IMG/VR virus record: IMGVR_UViG_3300032212_000053 | Coordinates: 1 to 40,594 of that record | Direction: 5' to 3' (one strand) | Source: a virus | Lineage: Duplodnaviria > Caudoviricetes | DNA: 40,594 nucleotides | In this document: in pieces, positions 16,257 through 25,145 of the stretch | Layout: each line of letters opens with the position of its first letter | How positions within the stretch are numbered: the first letter of the stretch is position 1 | The notes under the pieces: generated by a model | Databases searched by the model: none | Seen by the model: the letters and a program-made list of their open reading frames with translations, nothing else | What the model was told of the DNA's origin: nothing | Translations under genes and position numbers: made by a program

Positions 16257-19042
16257 TGGCTAAAATCGTACATATCGAAAAGAATAAAGCAGGTGTAGAA
16301 GACTTAACATTTGGTACAGCGGTAGAGCAACAATCAAGAAATGGTGAGACTGTTCCAGTAACTCAAATTAATGCAGGTAACATGCCTTTTGATGCTTCGA
16401 GAAGTTTACAGGAAGCGCTAGATGAAAGCTACCCAACAGTGGAAGTAGTAGGAAATGACTTACGTAGAGATATCCCTACTGACCTGCTATATGACCCCGC
16501 TAATCCAAGTAACATCAATACTGTTGGTGACAACATGGCTGCGGTCGCAGCAGTTGATGCTAATGAAGTAAACATCAATGCTGTAGCTGCCAATGAAGCA
16601 GATATTGATGCAGTAGCATTAAATATTGCTAATGTAAATGCTGTAGCAACTAACGAAACTAATATCAATGTGGTAAATGCTAATAAACTTAATATTGATG
16701 CAGTTGCAGCTAATGAAACTAATATTAATGCCGTAAATGCTAATAAAGTTAATATAGACGCAGTAGCGGCTAATGAAACTAATATTGACACTGTGGCAGC
16801 TAATGATGCAAATGTTACGGCAGTTGGCTCTGATTTACTTGGTGCTAATAATATTGGTTTGCTAGGGCCTAAAGTTACTGATGGCTCACTAGATACGGCA
16901 GCTAATTCTGTTGTCACACTAAATGGTATTTACCTTGGCGCACACTCTGTGGCACCAACACTAGACCTTAATGGAGACCCTTTAACAGGTGGTGAACTGT
17001 ACTTTAATACAGCAGATGCTGACCCAGCTAACCATATCATGATGGCTTATAACGGAACTACTTGGAACCCAGCATATGGCATTAATATAGCAACAGATGC
17101 TATCACTTTTACTAATAAGACTATTGATGATGTATCTAACTATGTTAACGCTAATGCGCTACACTACCCAATTAAAGCAAGTGGTATTATTAATAGAGGT
17201 GACTGCTTAGTTGCAGTAGATACACTTGGAGACGGTACAATTGTAGCAGCTGTTCGAAGTGCTAATAACCAACCAGCTATTGGTATGTCTGATAGTAATT
17301 TAGCTAACAATGAATTGGGTAAAGCGCTAACAGTTGGTACATTCAAGAATTTTGATGCTACTGGTTTAACTGTAGGACAAATCTTATATCCTGATGCTAC
17401 TGGAAGTATGACTAATACACCAACTATTGCTGATGGTAATTATAATCAACCTTGTGCTTTTGTAGCAGAAATCAATGGTGGTAATGCTCAATTAGTAATC
17501 AATTTCCACTCTGCACACGAGAGCTCAGACTTAATTAGTTATGGTGCTGGAAGTGTAAAAGATTTTCTGGATAATGCAGCAAGAGTAGATACAGCTAACA
17601 CTTTTACTGAGAACCAAACCATTTCTAATATTGGTCCAGTTTTAACTTTTGATGATACTTCAGGCTCTGGTGGAGGTCGCGTTGTAGCTACTGATAGTGC
17701 AATATATCTACAAGGTAAGTCTTCAGATGGTATAGGTAATGGTAGTGTTCACTTAACTGGAAACAATGGAACTGAAGCTATCAAGGCTGAAGTTAGAGCA
17801 AGTAAGTTAGAAGTTAAAGCAGCAGCTAATCCATATATAGAGTTTATTGATGAAACGTATGTAGGTTCTTTATGGCAAATGAGAAGCTTTGCTGACTCAC
17901 TCAGATTTATGCATAATAACAGTAGTAGATTGATTTGTTATGATACTTTTGTGCATGCGTTAGTAGACTTTATTGTAAGTGGAGATATTACAGCAACTGG
18001 TAATGTTGAAATAGGTTCTGGTGCAGACGGTGTTAACGCTGGTGTTTCAATATCAACAGCTGCTGGAACTCAAGGTATGGCATTATTTAATAATGGTAGC
18101 GATGATTGGCTAAGACTAAACGCTACTAGTGCTTTTGCTTCAGGGATTTATTGTGGTGGTGGTATATTTAGAACGGATGGTACAATACAAATAGGTAGTG
18201 GCGGTAGTAAATTCTCGGCTGATAATTTAGGTAATGTTACAGCAGCTGGAATTCTAAAATTAGGTAATGGCAGAGCAGCGTCAGACCATATAGGTAATCA
18301 GTCTGCTACGTCTTTAGCATTTACTGTTGATACAACAAACGTATCTTTTTCTGGTACAGTAGTTTATCCTAACGGAGTACTTGAAGAGGTTAATTCAGGA
18401 ACTGTGAATGTTGGTGCATTATCTGCTACCGCTACTTACGACTTCTACTGGACTCAAGGGGGTACAATTACAGCAGTGAAGATTTCTGACAGTGCTAGTA
18501 CTTCATCTAATAGAGCTGTAGTAGGTTTCAGCCACACTGCTCATATGTCCTTTTATAACGGAGCATGGAGAAATAGTTCAGGTGTAGATATGGGTAATGT
18601 CGCTCCACTTGGTAGAACTGTTTCCACTAAATTAAACGGTACATTTTCTAGTGTTGGTGATTCTTTTTACTACCCAAAATATGAGATTAGAGATAACAGA
18701 GAGAGTCTTGTACATAACAAGAAATTGGAAGCTATATTTACACTTACTGGGACAACTACTCTAACAACTCAGATGCTGGATGGGTGTGTGGTGACGAATG
18801 CTGCTGCCAGTATTTGGAGAATCACCTTCAACTCACCAATGCCAGACACTAACTATACAGTTTCTGGGTTTTATTATAATGGTAAGGTTGATGGAGTATC
18901 TGTTGGAGGCGGTGGTAATGCTGCTTGGGTGAGCACTAGAACTGATTTAAATAGAACTGTTAATTATGTAGATGTTGCAGCGTATAACTATGCTGGTAGT
19001 AATCAGGCTGCTGGACAACTACAAGTACAAATACATAGATAA
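16256..19042 (+). CDS. Tail fibre / receptor-binding protein
   Basis: 928 aa; 10-aa repeat shaft; YLGA...PT.D..G.PL..G.LYFN; Gly/Ser-rich distal domains. Confidence 0.85.
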   Translation: MAKIVHIEKNKAGVEDLTFGTAVEQQSRNGETVPVTQINAGNMPFDASRSLQEALDESYPTVEVVGNDLRRDIPTDLLYDPANPSNINTVGDNMAAVAAVDANEVNINAVAANEADIDAVALNIANVNAVATNETNINVVNANKLNIDAVAANETNINAVNANKVNIDAVAANETNIDTVAANDANVTAVGSDLLGANNIGLLGPKVTDGSLDTAANSVVTLNGIYLGAHSVAPTLDLNGDPLTGGELYFNTADADPANHIMMAYNGTTWNPAYGINIATDAITFTNKTIDDVSNYVNANALHYPIKASGIINRGDCLVAVDTLGDGTIVAAVRSANNQPAIGMSDSNLANNELGKALTVGTFKNFDATGLTVGQILYPDATGSMTNTPTIADGNYNQPCAFVAEINGGNAQLVINFHSAHESSDLISYGAGSVKDFLDNAARVDTANTFTENQTISNIGPVLTFDDTSGSGGGRVVATDSAIYLQGKSSDGIGNGSVHLTGNNGTEAIKAEVRASKLEVKAAANPYIEFIDETYVGSLWQMRSFADSLRFMHNNSSRLICYDTFVHALVDFIVSGDITATGNVEIGSGADGVNAGVSISTAAGTQGMALFNNGSDDWLRLNATSAFASGIYCGGGIFRTDGTIQIGSGGSKFSADNLGNVTAAGILKLGNGRAASDHIGNQSATSLAFTVDTTNVSFSGTVVYPNGVLEEVNSGTVNVGALSATATYDFYWTQGGTITAVKISDSASTSSNRAVVGFSHTAHMSFYNGAWRNSSGVDMGNVAPLGRTVSTKLNGTFSSVGDSFYYPKYEIRDNRESLVHNKKLEAIFTLTGTTTLTTQMLDGCVVTNAAASIWRITFNSPMPDTNYTVSGFYYNGKVDGVSVGGGGNAAWVSTRTDLNRTVNYVDVAAYNYAGSNQAAGQLQVQIHR
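16510..16830 (+). repeat. About ten 30-nt (10-aa) repeats NI(N/D)xV(A/N)ANxx in the tail fibre
   Basis: Visible in protein and DNA, with an alternating 20-aa superperiod. Confidence 0.85.
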
Positions 19043-19050
19043 GGAAACAT

Positions 19051-19533
19051 ATGAAATACTATAAGATATGGGAAGATGGCAGAGTATCGGTAACAGAACA
19101 CGATAATCTTCCACAATCTCTACTTGATGATGGGTGGATACTTGATGAAGGTAAACTGCCTATAGATGCAAATGAGAGTAAGCCTTATAAGCAGCTAGCA
19201 AACCTAGACATAGTAGAAGATACTGAGACGATAAGTATTGAAGCTACCTTGCGTATTATTACTGACTATACTGATTTAGTATCCAATCATATTCAAGCAC
19301 GTATTAACATGTACAATACAGCACATAAAGTAGCTTTTGGCTCAGTACATAATATGGCTATATATTTGCAAGATGTTGCTTATGAACATTATCAGTTTGC
19401 TGTTGATATAGTAGCATGGAATAAGCTGGTATGGGAAAGTTATAGAGCTACTATGTTATCCGTTGAAGCTGGAACTATTGCATTACCTTCTGATATAATT
19501 AGTACACTACCACTATATGCAGGAGTTGTTTAA
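19051..19533 (+). CDS. Tail fibre assembly chaperone (putative)
   Basis: Follows the fibre; C-terminal W...VW...LP pattern. Confidence 0.55.
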   Translation: MKYYKIWEDGRVSVTEHDNLPQSLLDDGWILDEGKLPIDANESKPYKQLANLDIVEDTETISIEATLRIITDYTDLVSNHIQARINMYNTAHKVAFGSVHNMAIYLQDVAYEHYQFAVDIVAWNKLVWESYRATMLSVEAGTIALPSDIISTLPLYAGVV

Positions 19534-19889
19534 TGTTTTGGCATATATTAGGTATAGTGGCTATAGCTACAATAGTGCAAGCATATATTTTAGGAAGACA
19601 GTTCAAGGACAGCAAGAGAGACTACTGTACAGCTAGTCCTGAGAATATAGGTGTTATTGAGTTAGGTAAAGACTGCTGTAGACAACATGACAAAGATTAT
19701 ACTGGCTCATGGCAATTAAAGTTAATAGGCGATTTGAAGTTGCTTAAATGTGGAGCCACAAAAGGATTGTGGCACTTAGTAAGCTCAATAGGTTTATTGC
19801 TATATATAGTTCCAGTATTTCTAGCTGTCAGTACGGTTGGTTGGTATTACTGGTTTAAAACGGAGAAGAAAGATGACAAAGAAAAGTAA
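19533..19889 (+). CDS. Membrane protein with phospholipase A2-like motif
   Basis: DCCRQHDKDY and downstream GD.KL.KC; hydrophobic ends. Confidence 0.55.
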   Translation: MFWHILGIVAIATIVQAYILGRQFKDSKRDYCTASPENIGVIELGKDCCRQHDKDYTGSWQLKLIGDLKLLKCGATKGLWHLVSSIGLLLYIVPVFLAVSTVGWYYWFKTEKKDDKEK

Positions 19890-20097
19890 AGATATATTGA
19901 GGTATATAATCTTAGGTTTTGCTATGTGGTTCGCAGTTCATAATACTAACACTATAGTATGCTTTATTATTGCACACTATGACGAGCTAGAAGCTCCCGT
20001 TATCGCTGGACTAACTGGTATCAATGCAGCCGTCTTAAGCCCTTGGATATATTGGTTAAAGAAAATGGCTGAAACACAAGCAGGAGAACCAAAATGA
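19873..20097 (+). CDS. Holin (putative); start corrected to 19873
   Basis: 74 aa, two hydrophobic segments, upstream of the spanins. Confidence 0.55.
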   Translation: MTKKSKDILRYIILGFAMWFAVHNTNTIVCFIIAHYDELEAPVIAGLTGINAAVLSPWIYWLKKMAETQAGEPK

Positions 20098-20348
20098 ACA
20101 CTGAAGCAATAGTAGGTTTATGTATAGCTGCAGTATTAATGTTTAATACTTGGCAGACAAAAGCTTTACAATTAGAGGTAGAGAATCTCAAAACACTCAG
20201 GGTGTACGAGAAGGCTTTGTATGATGCGAATCTTACAAGAGAACAATATATAGCTACTAAGCTAGAAGAAATTAGAAAGGAATATAATGAAAAAATTAAC
20301 GGCCTTAACAACACTCCTATTGGCACTGTTATCGACTTTGGTGACTAG
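20094..20348 (+). CDS. i-spanin (Rz-like)
   Basis: N-terminal TM plus coiled coil; overlaps a lipoprotein gene. Confidence 0.7.
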   Translation: MNTEAIVGLCIAAVLMFNTWQTKALQLEVENLKTLRVYEKALYDANLTREQYIATKLEEIRKEYNEKINGLNNTPIGTVIDFGD

Positions 20349-20595
20349 TGGTTGCTCTGAAAAACTAGTTTACATGGAATGCCCTGAGTATCCTGTTCCG
20401 GAGAAAAGACCTTTGTTAGATTTCAATGGTACTGGTAAAGCTAAGAAGGTGTCAGCTACACATTGGTTGGTTACTGATAAACAAGTTAGAGAAGTCCTAA
20501 GGTTTGAGAAAGCTTGTTATGAAAATGAAGCCGAACACTTAGGAACGGCGGAAGCAATTAATACATACAACAGAGAGCTTAACAACAATAATTAA
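20287..20595 (+). CDS. o-spanin (Rz1-like lipoprotein)
   Basis: MKK-hydrophobic-TSG/C lipobox; Pro-rich segment. Confidence 0.75.
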   Translation: MKKLTALTTLLLALLSTLVTSGCSEKLVYMECPEYPVPEKRPLLDFNGTGKAKKVSATHWLVTDKQVREVLRFEKACYENEAEHLGTAEAINTYNRELNNNN

Positions 20596-20623
20596 TATTA
20601 GTTTAACTTTAATACGGTATAAT
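20592..20623 (+). promoter_or_regulatory. Internal promoter within the lysis region
   Basis: TTAATATTAGTTTAACTTTAATACGGTATAAT. Confidence 0.7.
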
Positions 20624-20646
20624 AGATAAAAATTTAAAGTTGTTTC

Positions 20647-21186
20647 ATGAATGAAAAACGGTTGCATACAGTTGAAAAAGAGATTGGTGACATTAAAGAA
20701 GAGATTGCTAGACTAGGAGCAGCTTGTGATTTACATGCTCCTATGGCTATTGAAGCCAAGGAAGCTTTGCCACATTTAGGGAATATGCTGGCTACTTTAG
20801 TTGAACAGCAAAAGTCTCACCAACAGAGAAATGATTTTAAAGATAATTTAGATGATGAGCGTTGGGCAGCTTTTAATAAAGCGGTAAGTAATCTAGAAGA
20901 ACAGATAGCTGAGTTACAAACTGTTCAACACCTTGCTGAGGTTTACGCTGCTGAAGAGCGAGGTAAAGCTAAAGCTAAAGAAGAAGCTGAAGAAGTAGCT
21001 TCTGGAATAGTGGCGGATAGGTTATCTCTTAAGCGCAAGATTATTGGAGGGGTTCTAACTCTTTTTGCTTTACCTATAATCTATGTTGGTGTCTATGTTA
21101 TAGAGGCTGCGTACTATACGCACAAGAAGATGGATACAGAAGTAATAGTTAAAAAGAAAGTAAGGAATGAAGATGCGGACACTTGA
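20647..21186 (+). CDS. Coiled-coil protein with C-terminal TM (possible holin/antiholin)
   Basis: Heptad pattern plus one TM; directly upstream of the endolysin. Confidence 0.55.
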   Translation: MNEKRLHTVEKEIGDIKEEIARLGAACDLHAPMAIEAKEALPHLGNMLATLVEQQKSHQQRNDFKDNLDDERWAAFNKAVSNLEEQIAELQTVQHLAEVYAAEERGKAKAKEEAEEVASGIVADRLSLKRKIIGGVLTLFALPIIYVGVYVIEAAYYTHKKMDTEVIVKKKVRNEDADT

Positions 21187-21574
21187 TTATTTTACTAGAA
21201 AAGATGGTTCAGATGAATTAGCTTGTAGATGTGGTAATACTGATTGTGACTTAACAGTTCGTGCTTCTTCTAGATATAAAGCTAATAAATTAAGGGAATT
21301 ATATGGAAAGCCTCTTTATCTATTCGGTGCTAGGTGCGATCGCCACCCTGAGTATAGCGGCCCTCGCAGTAGCCATGGTGATCGCTCTGGACAAGATGGA
21401 GTGAAGCCTTGTGCTTTTGACGTCGATACGGAGAAACATTCTAAAGACGATACTAAGGCTATTATTTTTATTGCCCAGATTGTAGGGTTTAATAGATATG
21501 GTCTTAGTAACACAGGACAATGTCATTTTGATGATGATGAAACAAAGAAAGATACCTACTGGGTATATAGCTAA
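21167..21574 (+). CDS. Endolysin, peptidase M15 family
   Basis: YF...E.ACRCG, RC..H, SSH...AFD, HFD zinc-ligand pattern. Confidence 0.8.
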   Translation: MKMRTLDYFTRKDGSDELACRCGNTDCDLTVRASSRYKANKLRELYGKPLYLFGARCDRHPEYSGPRSSHGDRSGQDGVKPCAFDVDTEKHSKDDTKAIIFIAQIVGFNRYGLSNTGQCHFDDDETKKDTYWVYS

Positions 21575-21583
21575 GGAGCTAGT

Positions 21584-23812
21584 ATGATTATTGGACAATT
21601 TGATGGTGGTCTTTCTATACGAAAGTCTGATAAGCTTATAGGCCCTAATGAAGGGATTCAAGTACAAAATGTAGATACATCTACGCATAAACTCGTTCCA
21701 CTGAAACAAAGTTTATACATACCAACACAAACAATAGCTAAGTATGCACATTACTTTGAAGCTTTTGATGTTTGGGAATACTCTGCTAATGAACGTAGTT
21801 ATGTTGAGTATAAACAAAAACTTTACTATACTGACGAAACTACAAGACCTCAAGTAAATGATGGTCTAACTACTAGGTCTTTAGGTTTATCAGAACCGGA
21901 ACCTTATAACTTTTATAATCCGGATTATACTGTAGACTTACTATCTCCTAATGCTCTACTACCTCTTTCCTATAAAGTGGAAAATTTAGTAGCAGTAACA
22001 GAAGACGGCATTTCTGGTACTAATACTTTTCATATGAACTTAGCAGACTTTGCTATGAACCCAGAAACATTATATTTCTCTTCTGATAGTGAGAATATAT
22101 ATACAGTATCTTCCATAGTTGCAGATTCTGGGTCATATAAGGTTACACTAACAACTAATCTTAGTAGTAACATATATAAAGGAACACCTGTTACAATTTA
22201 TACAGAGCTTGTAGGCTCTAGTGGAAGCAGAATTGATGATACTTTCTATTACTCTAATACTGTCACTGGTGCGGACCTTTATATATTTAACTTAACAAGT
22301 ACATACTATGCTGATGCCAAAATCTCCGGAATTATGCAACTACAAACAGCAACACTAATACCAGGAGAAAACTATAATTTACAAGTAAATTTAGGTCCAA
22401 TTGAGGCAGACGCCGCTTATATTATATATGGAGCTTCACCTCATACTGGAGATAGATTTACATTAAGTACCTTAAGTATTTCACAAGTAAAAGAACTTAG
22501 CTTTAAAGCTGAAAGCGGGCATAGGTTCTATTTAGTCATTGAGCAGTCTGGAGCAAGTGTTGACCTTAATATCACACTAGAAGCATTACTATATACTTAC
22601 CCTGCTTTACCTGAGTTTGCTTTAACTTTGTATAATAGCACTTTAGATATAGAATCACAACCTGTCTTTGACTTTGCTGGTTTTGATTATCTTAATGGTT
22701 TAGGTCGTTTCTATTGGGGTAATGTTAATGTGCCTATTAATAAACAACACGCAGATTTAACAAGGCTATATCGCAGACATCAAGACACAGGGAAATGGAC
22801 TTTAATTATTGAGCAGTCATCTGACTTAAATTATTTAGGGACAACATATTTACCGGACATAGTCTATAAAGACCAAATACTAGATAGCTATAACAACAAT
22901 GCTCCACTAGAAAATATGAACTATTTAAGCGTAGCTTATGGTAGATTATTTGCAGCTATCGAGAACAAGTTATATTATAGCCAAGTCGGTTTCTTTGAAT
23001 ATTGGCCCACATTTAACTATCTTGAGATAGAAGAAGATATTACAGGTATTGCGGTTGTGCCGTCAGGTTTATTAGTATTTAGTAAATATAAGACTTATTT
23101 AGTTAGAGGACAAGACACAGCTAACTTCTCAGTATCTATACTAAGTAACAATGTTGGGTGTCTATCTCATTACTCAATAGCTTATATTAATTCTAATGCT
23201 ATTTGGTTATCGGAAGAGGGCATCATGTATGGCTCAGGTGGAACTATCACAAAAGCCTCTTATGAGAAACTTGGAGATATGAAAGGGTTTAAAAATCTTG
23301 CGGGTAATTATAACCTACCAGTGGCAGTTACTCATCAAGAGAAGTACTATATAGCTTTTGATGAAACAAGAGACTTCTTAAACAACTGTGTTCTTGTTGG
23401 AGATATCACAGGAGGCCTTAAGTTCTATACCTCATCAGAAGAAGCGAGTAGTCTAGCTACAACTAGAGGAGACTTGTTTAGTATTAGAGGAACTACTTTA
23501 TATGAAACTGAAGCTGCAGCCACTAACAAACAATTAGTTTTTAAATCTGGGCAACTATTTGAAAGCGGATTAACAGTAGCTAAAACATATAACTCTTTTT
23601 ATATAAGCTATATAGGTGATGTAACTGTGACTTTATTTATTAATGATATTGAGGTAGCTAGCAAAATACTTAGTTCTGTTGACTTAGATGTACAAGAGTT
23701 ACACATACCAAAATCTAGTCAAAGAGGATATACTTTAAGCTATAGTGTTTCTGGAACTGGTGAAGTATATGAAGCAGAGTTTAAATCATCAAGGAGAACT
23801 TATGGCAGCTGA
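21584..23812 (+). CDS. Tail nozzle / tubular protein B (P22 gp10-like)
   Basis: F.GGL start; LYYS...F..WP; VGCLS..SI; WLS..GI. Confidence 0.75.
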   Translation: MIIGQFDGGLSIRKSDKLIGPNEGIQVQNVDTSTHKLVPLKQSLYIPTQTIAKYAHYFEAFDVWEYSANERSYVEYKQKLYYTDETTRPQVNDGLTTRSLGLSEPEPYNFYNPDYTVDLLSPNALLPLSYKVENLVAVTEDGISGTNTFHMNLADFAMNPETLYFSSDSENIYTVSSIVADSGSYKVTLTTNLSSNIYKGTPVTIYTELVGSSGSRIDDTFYYSNTVTGADLYIFNLTSTYYADAKISGIMQLQTATLIPGENYNLQVNLGPIEADAAYIIYGASPHTGDRFTLSTLSISQVKELSFKAESGHRFYLVIEQSGASVDLNITLEALLYTYPALPEFALTLYNSTLDIESQPVFDFAGFDYLNGLGRFYWGNVNVPINKQHADLTRLYRRHQDTGKWTLIIEQSSDLNYLGTTYLPDIVYKDQILDSYNNNAPLENMNYLSVAYGRLFAAIENKLYYSQVGFFEYWPTFNYLEIEEDITGIAVVPSGLLVFSKYKTYLVRGQDTANFSVSILSNNVGCLSHYSIAYINSNAIWLSEEGIMYGSGGTITKASYEKLGDMKGFKNLAGNYNLPVAVTHQEKYYIAFDETRDFLNNCVLVGDITGGLKFYTSSEEASSLATTRGDLFSIRGTTLYETEAAATNKQLVFKSGQLFESGLTVAKTYNSFYISYIGDVTVTLFINDIEVASKILSSVDLDVQELHIPKSSQRGYTLSYSVSGTGEVYEAEFKSSRRTYGS

Positions 23813-23957
23813 AGTACAACCACCACATGACATGCAAGACCTGGAGTTAATTAAAGGTTACTACGAAGCCATGTCTCAGAAAGTAAAACAGCTAGAAGAG
23901 CGCATAGAACAGCTCGAAGATGAGGTAACAGAACTACAGAACCTTATTCAGGTTTAA
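23802..23957 (+). CDS. Small coiled-coil protein, 51 aa; start corrected to 23802
   Basis: AAGGAG SD; heptad repeat. Confidence 0.65.
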   Translation: MAAEVQPPHDMQDLELIKGYYEAMSQKVKQLEERIEQLEDEVTELQNLIQV

Positions 23958-23986
23958 TGTTCATTTAATCTTTATTTAGATATAAT
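23954..23986 (+). promoter_or_regulatory. Promoter for the GNAT/ejection/portal operon
   Basis: TTAATGTTCATTTAATCTTTATTTAGATATAAT. Confidence 0.7.
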
Positions 23987-24004
23987 AGAGGTTAAAGGCA
24001 AATT

Positions 24005-24451
24005 ATGACAATAGCAAGAGAGTTTCTTTCTGATACACTTATCGATGAAATGCAAAACTACTTTGGGCTAGGTTATAAAGCATATAATGATGACGAAGAT
24101 TTAGAACTTGACCCTAACTGGGACACATACAAAGCCTTGCAGGATAGCAATCTTTTATTTATCTTTACTGTTAGAGACGGTTCTAAACTTGTTGGATATG
24201 CTTGGTATATTGCAATGCCAAGTCTCCATAGTAAGTCTACTATATTCGCTGCAGCCGACACAATTTACTTAGATAAGGATTATAGAGGTAGATTTTTAGG
24301 TATTAAGTTATTTAAGTACGCGGAAGAAGTACTTAAAGAGAATAAAATTACCTTAGTTCTTTACAGTGTTAAAGTGTATGAGAATTGGGGTAAACTTCTA
24401 GAGCGTTTGGGATATAAACAATCAGAAGTCACTTACCAGAAAAGGATATAA
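24005..24451 (+). CDS. GNAT-family acetyltransferase
   Basis: LVGY; IYL..DYRGRFLGIKL motif A; LLERLGY. Confidence 0.85.
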   Translation: MTIAREFLSDTLIDEMQNYFGLGYKAYNDDEDLELDPNWDTYKALQDSNLLFIFTVRDGSKLVGYAWYIAMPSLHSKSTIFAAADTIYLDKDYRGRFLGIKLFKYAEEVLKENKITLVLYSVKVYENWGKLLERLGYKQSEVTYQKRI

Positions 24452-24452
24452 T

Positions 24453-25145
24453 ATGGTAGGAGCAGCAGTAGTATCAGCCGGGGCAGCTATTTATAGTGCA
24501 TATGAATCCGGCGAACAGGCAGACCAAGCTCAGTCAAGCCAAGAGCAAGCAATGGCACAACAGCAAGCTATAGCTGATGAGCAGATGGCTTATCAACAAG
24601 AATTACGTTCACAATGGGACCAAACTTTTGGTAGTGTAGAACGTAACTTAAGCGATTATTACAATAACTTAAGCCCAGAGAAACTAACTACAGCTGGTGT
24701 GCAAGCTAATCAGGAATCATTCCAAGCTGTACAGAAACAATTACAGCAAACATTAGCTCAAAGAGGTATTAGCGGAACAGGTGTTGAAGCTCAAGGGCTT
24801 ACGCAATTAGCTGTTAGTCAAGCACAACAAGACGCTAATGTTCGTGTGAATGCTCCACAACAAGTAGCTCAACAGCAACAAGGTTTTTATAGTTTAGGTA
24901 TTCCTCAGAAGCAAGCTATTCAAGGTGGAATTAATTCGGCTTATGGTTCTCAGATGGGAGTACAACAAGGTGCTTATAATCACTACAGTAATCAGTATAA
25001 TCAAGCACAACAAGCACAAAATGCTGCTTATGGTTCATTAGCTAATGTGGTAGGACAAACAGCAGCATACTATGGTGCTGAAACACAACCTCAGACACAA
25101 CCTTATAACCCATATGCACAGCCAACTACAGGAGGAACAAAATAA
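24453..25145 (+). CDS. Internal virion / ejection protein
   Basis: Ala/Gly N-terminus; Gln-rich; LAQRGISG; position. Confidence 0.7.
   Translation: MVGAAVVSAGAAIYSAYESGEQADQAQSSQEQAMAQQQAIADEQMAYQQELRSQWDQTFGSVERNLSDYYNNLSPEKLTTAGVQANQESFQAVQKQLQQTLAQRGISGTGVEAQGLTQLAVSQAQQDANVRVNAPQQVAQQQQGFYSLGIPQKQAIQGGINSAYGSQMGVQQGAYNHYSNQYNQAQQAQNAAYGSLANVVGQTAAYYGAETQPQTQPYNPYAQPTTGGTK

Noticed and set aside
24005-24451. GNAT as a novel toxin or base modifier
   Set aside because: GNAT-like genes commonly precede ejection-protein genes in podoviruses; no extra evidence here
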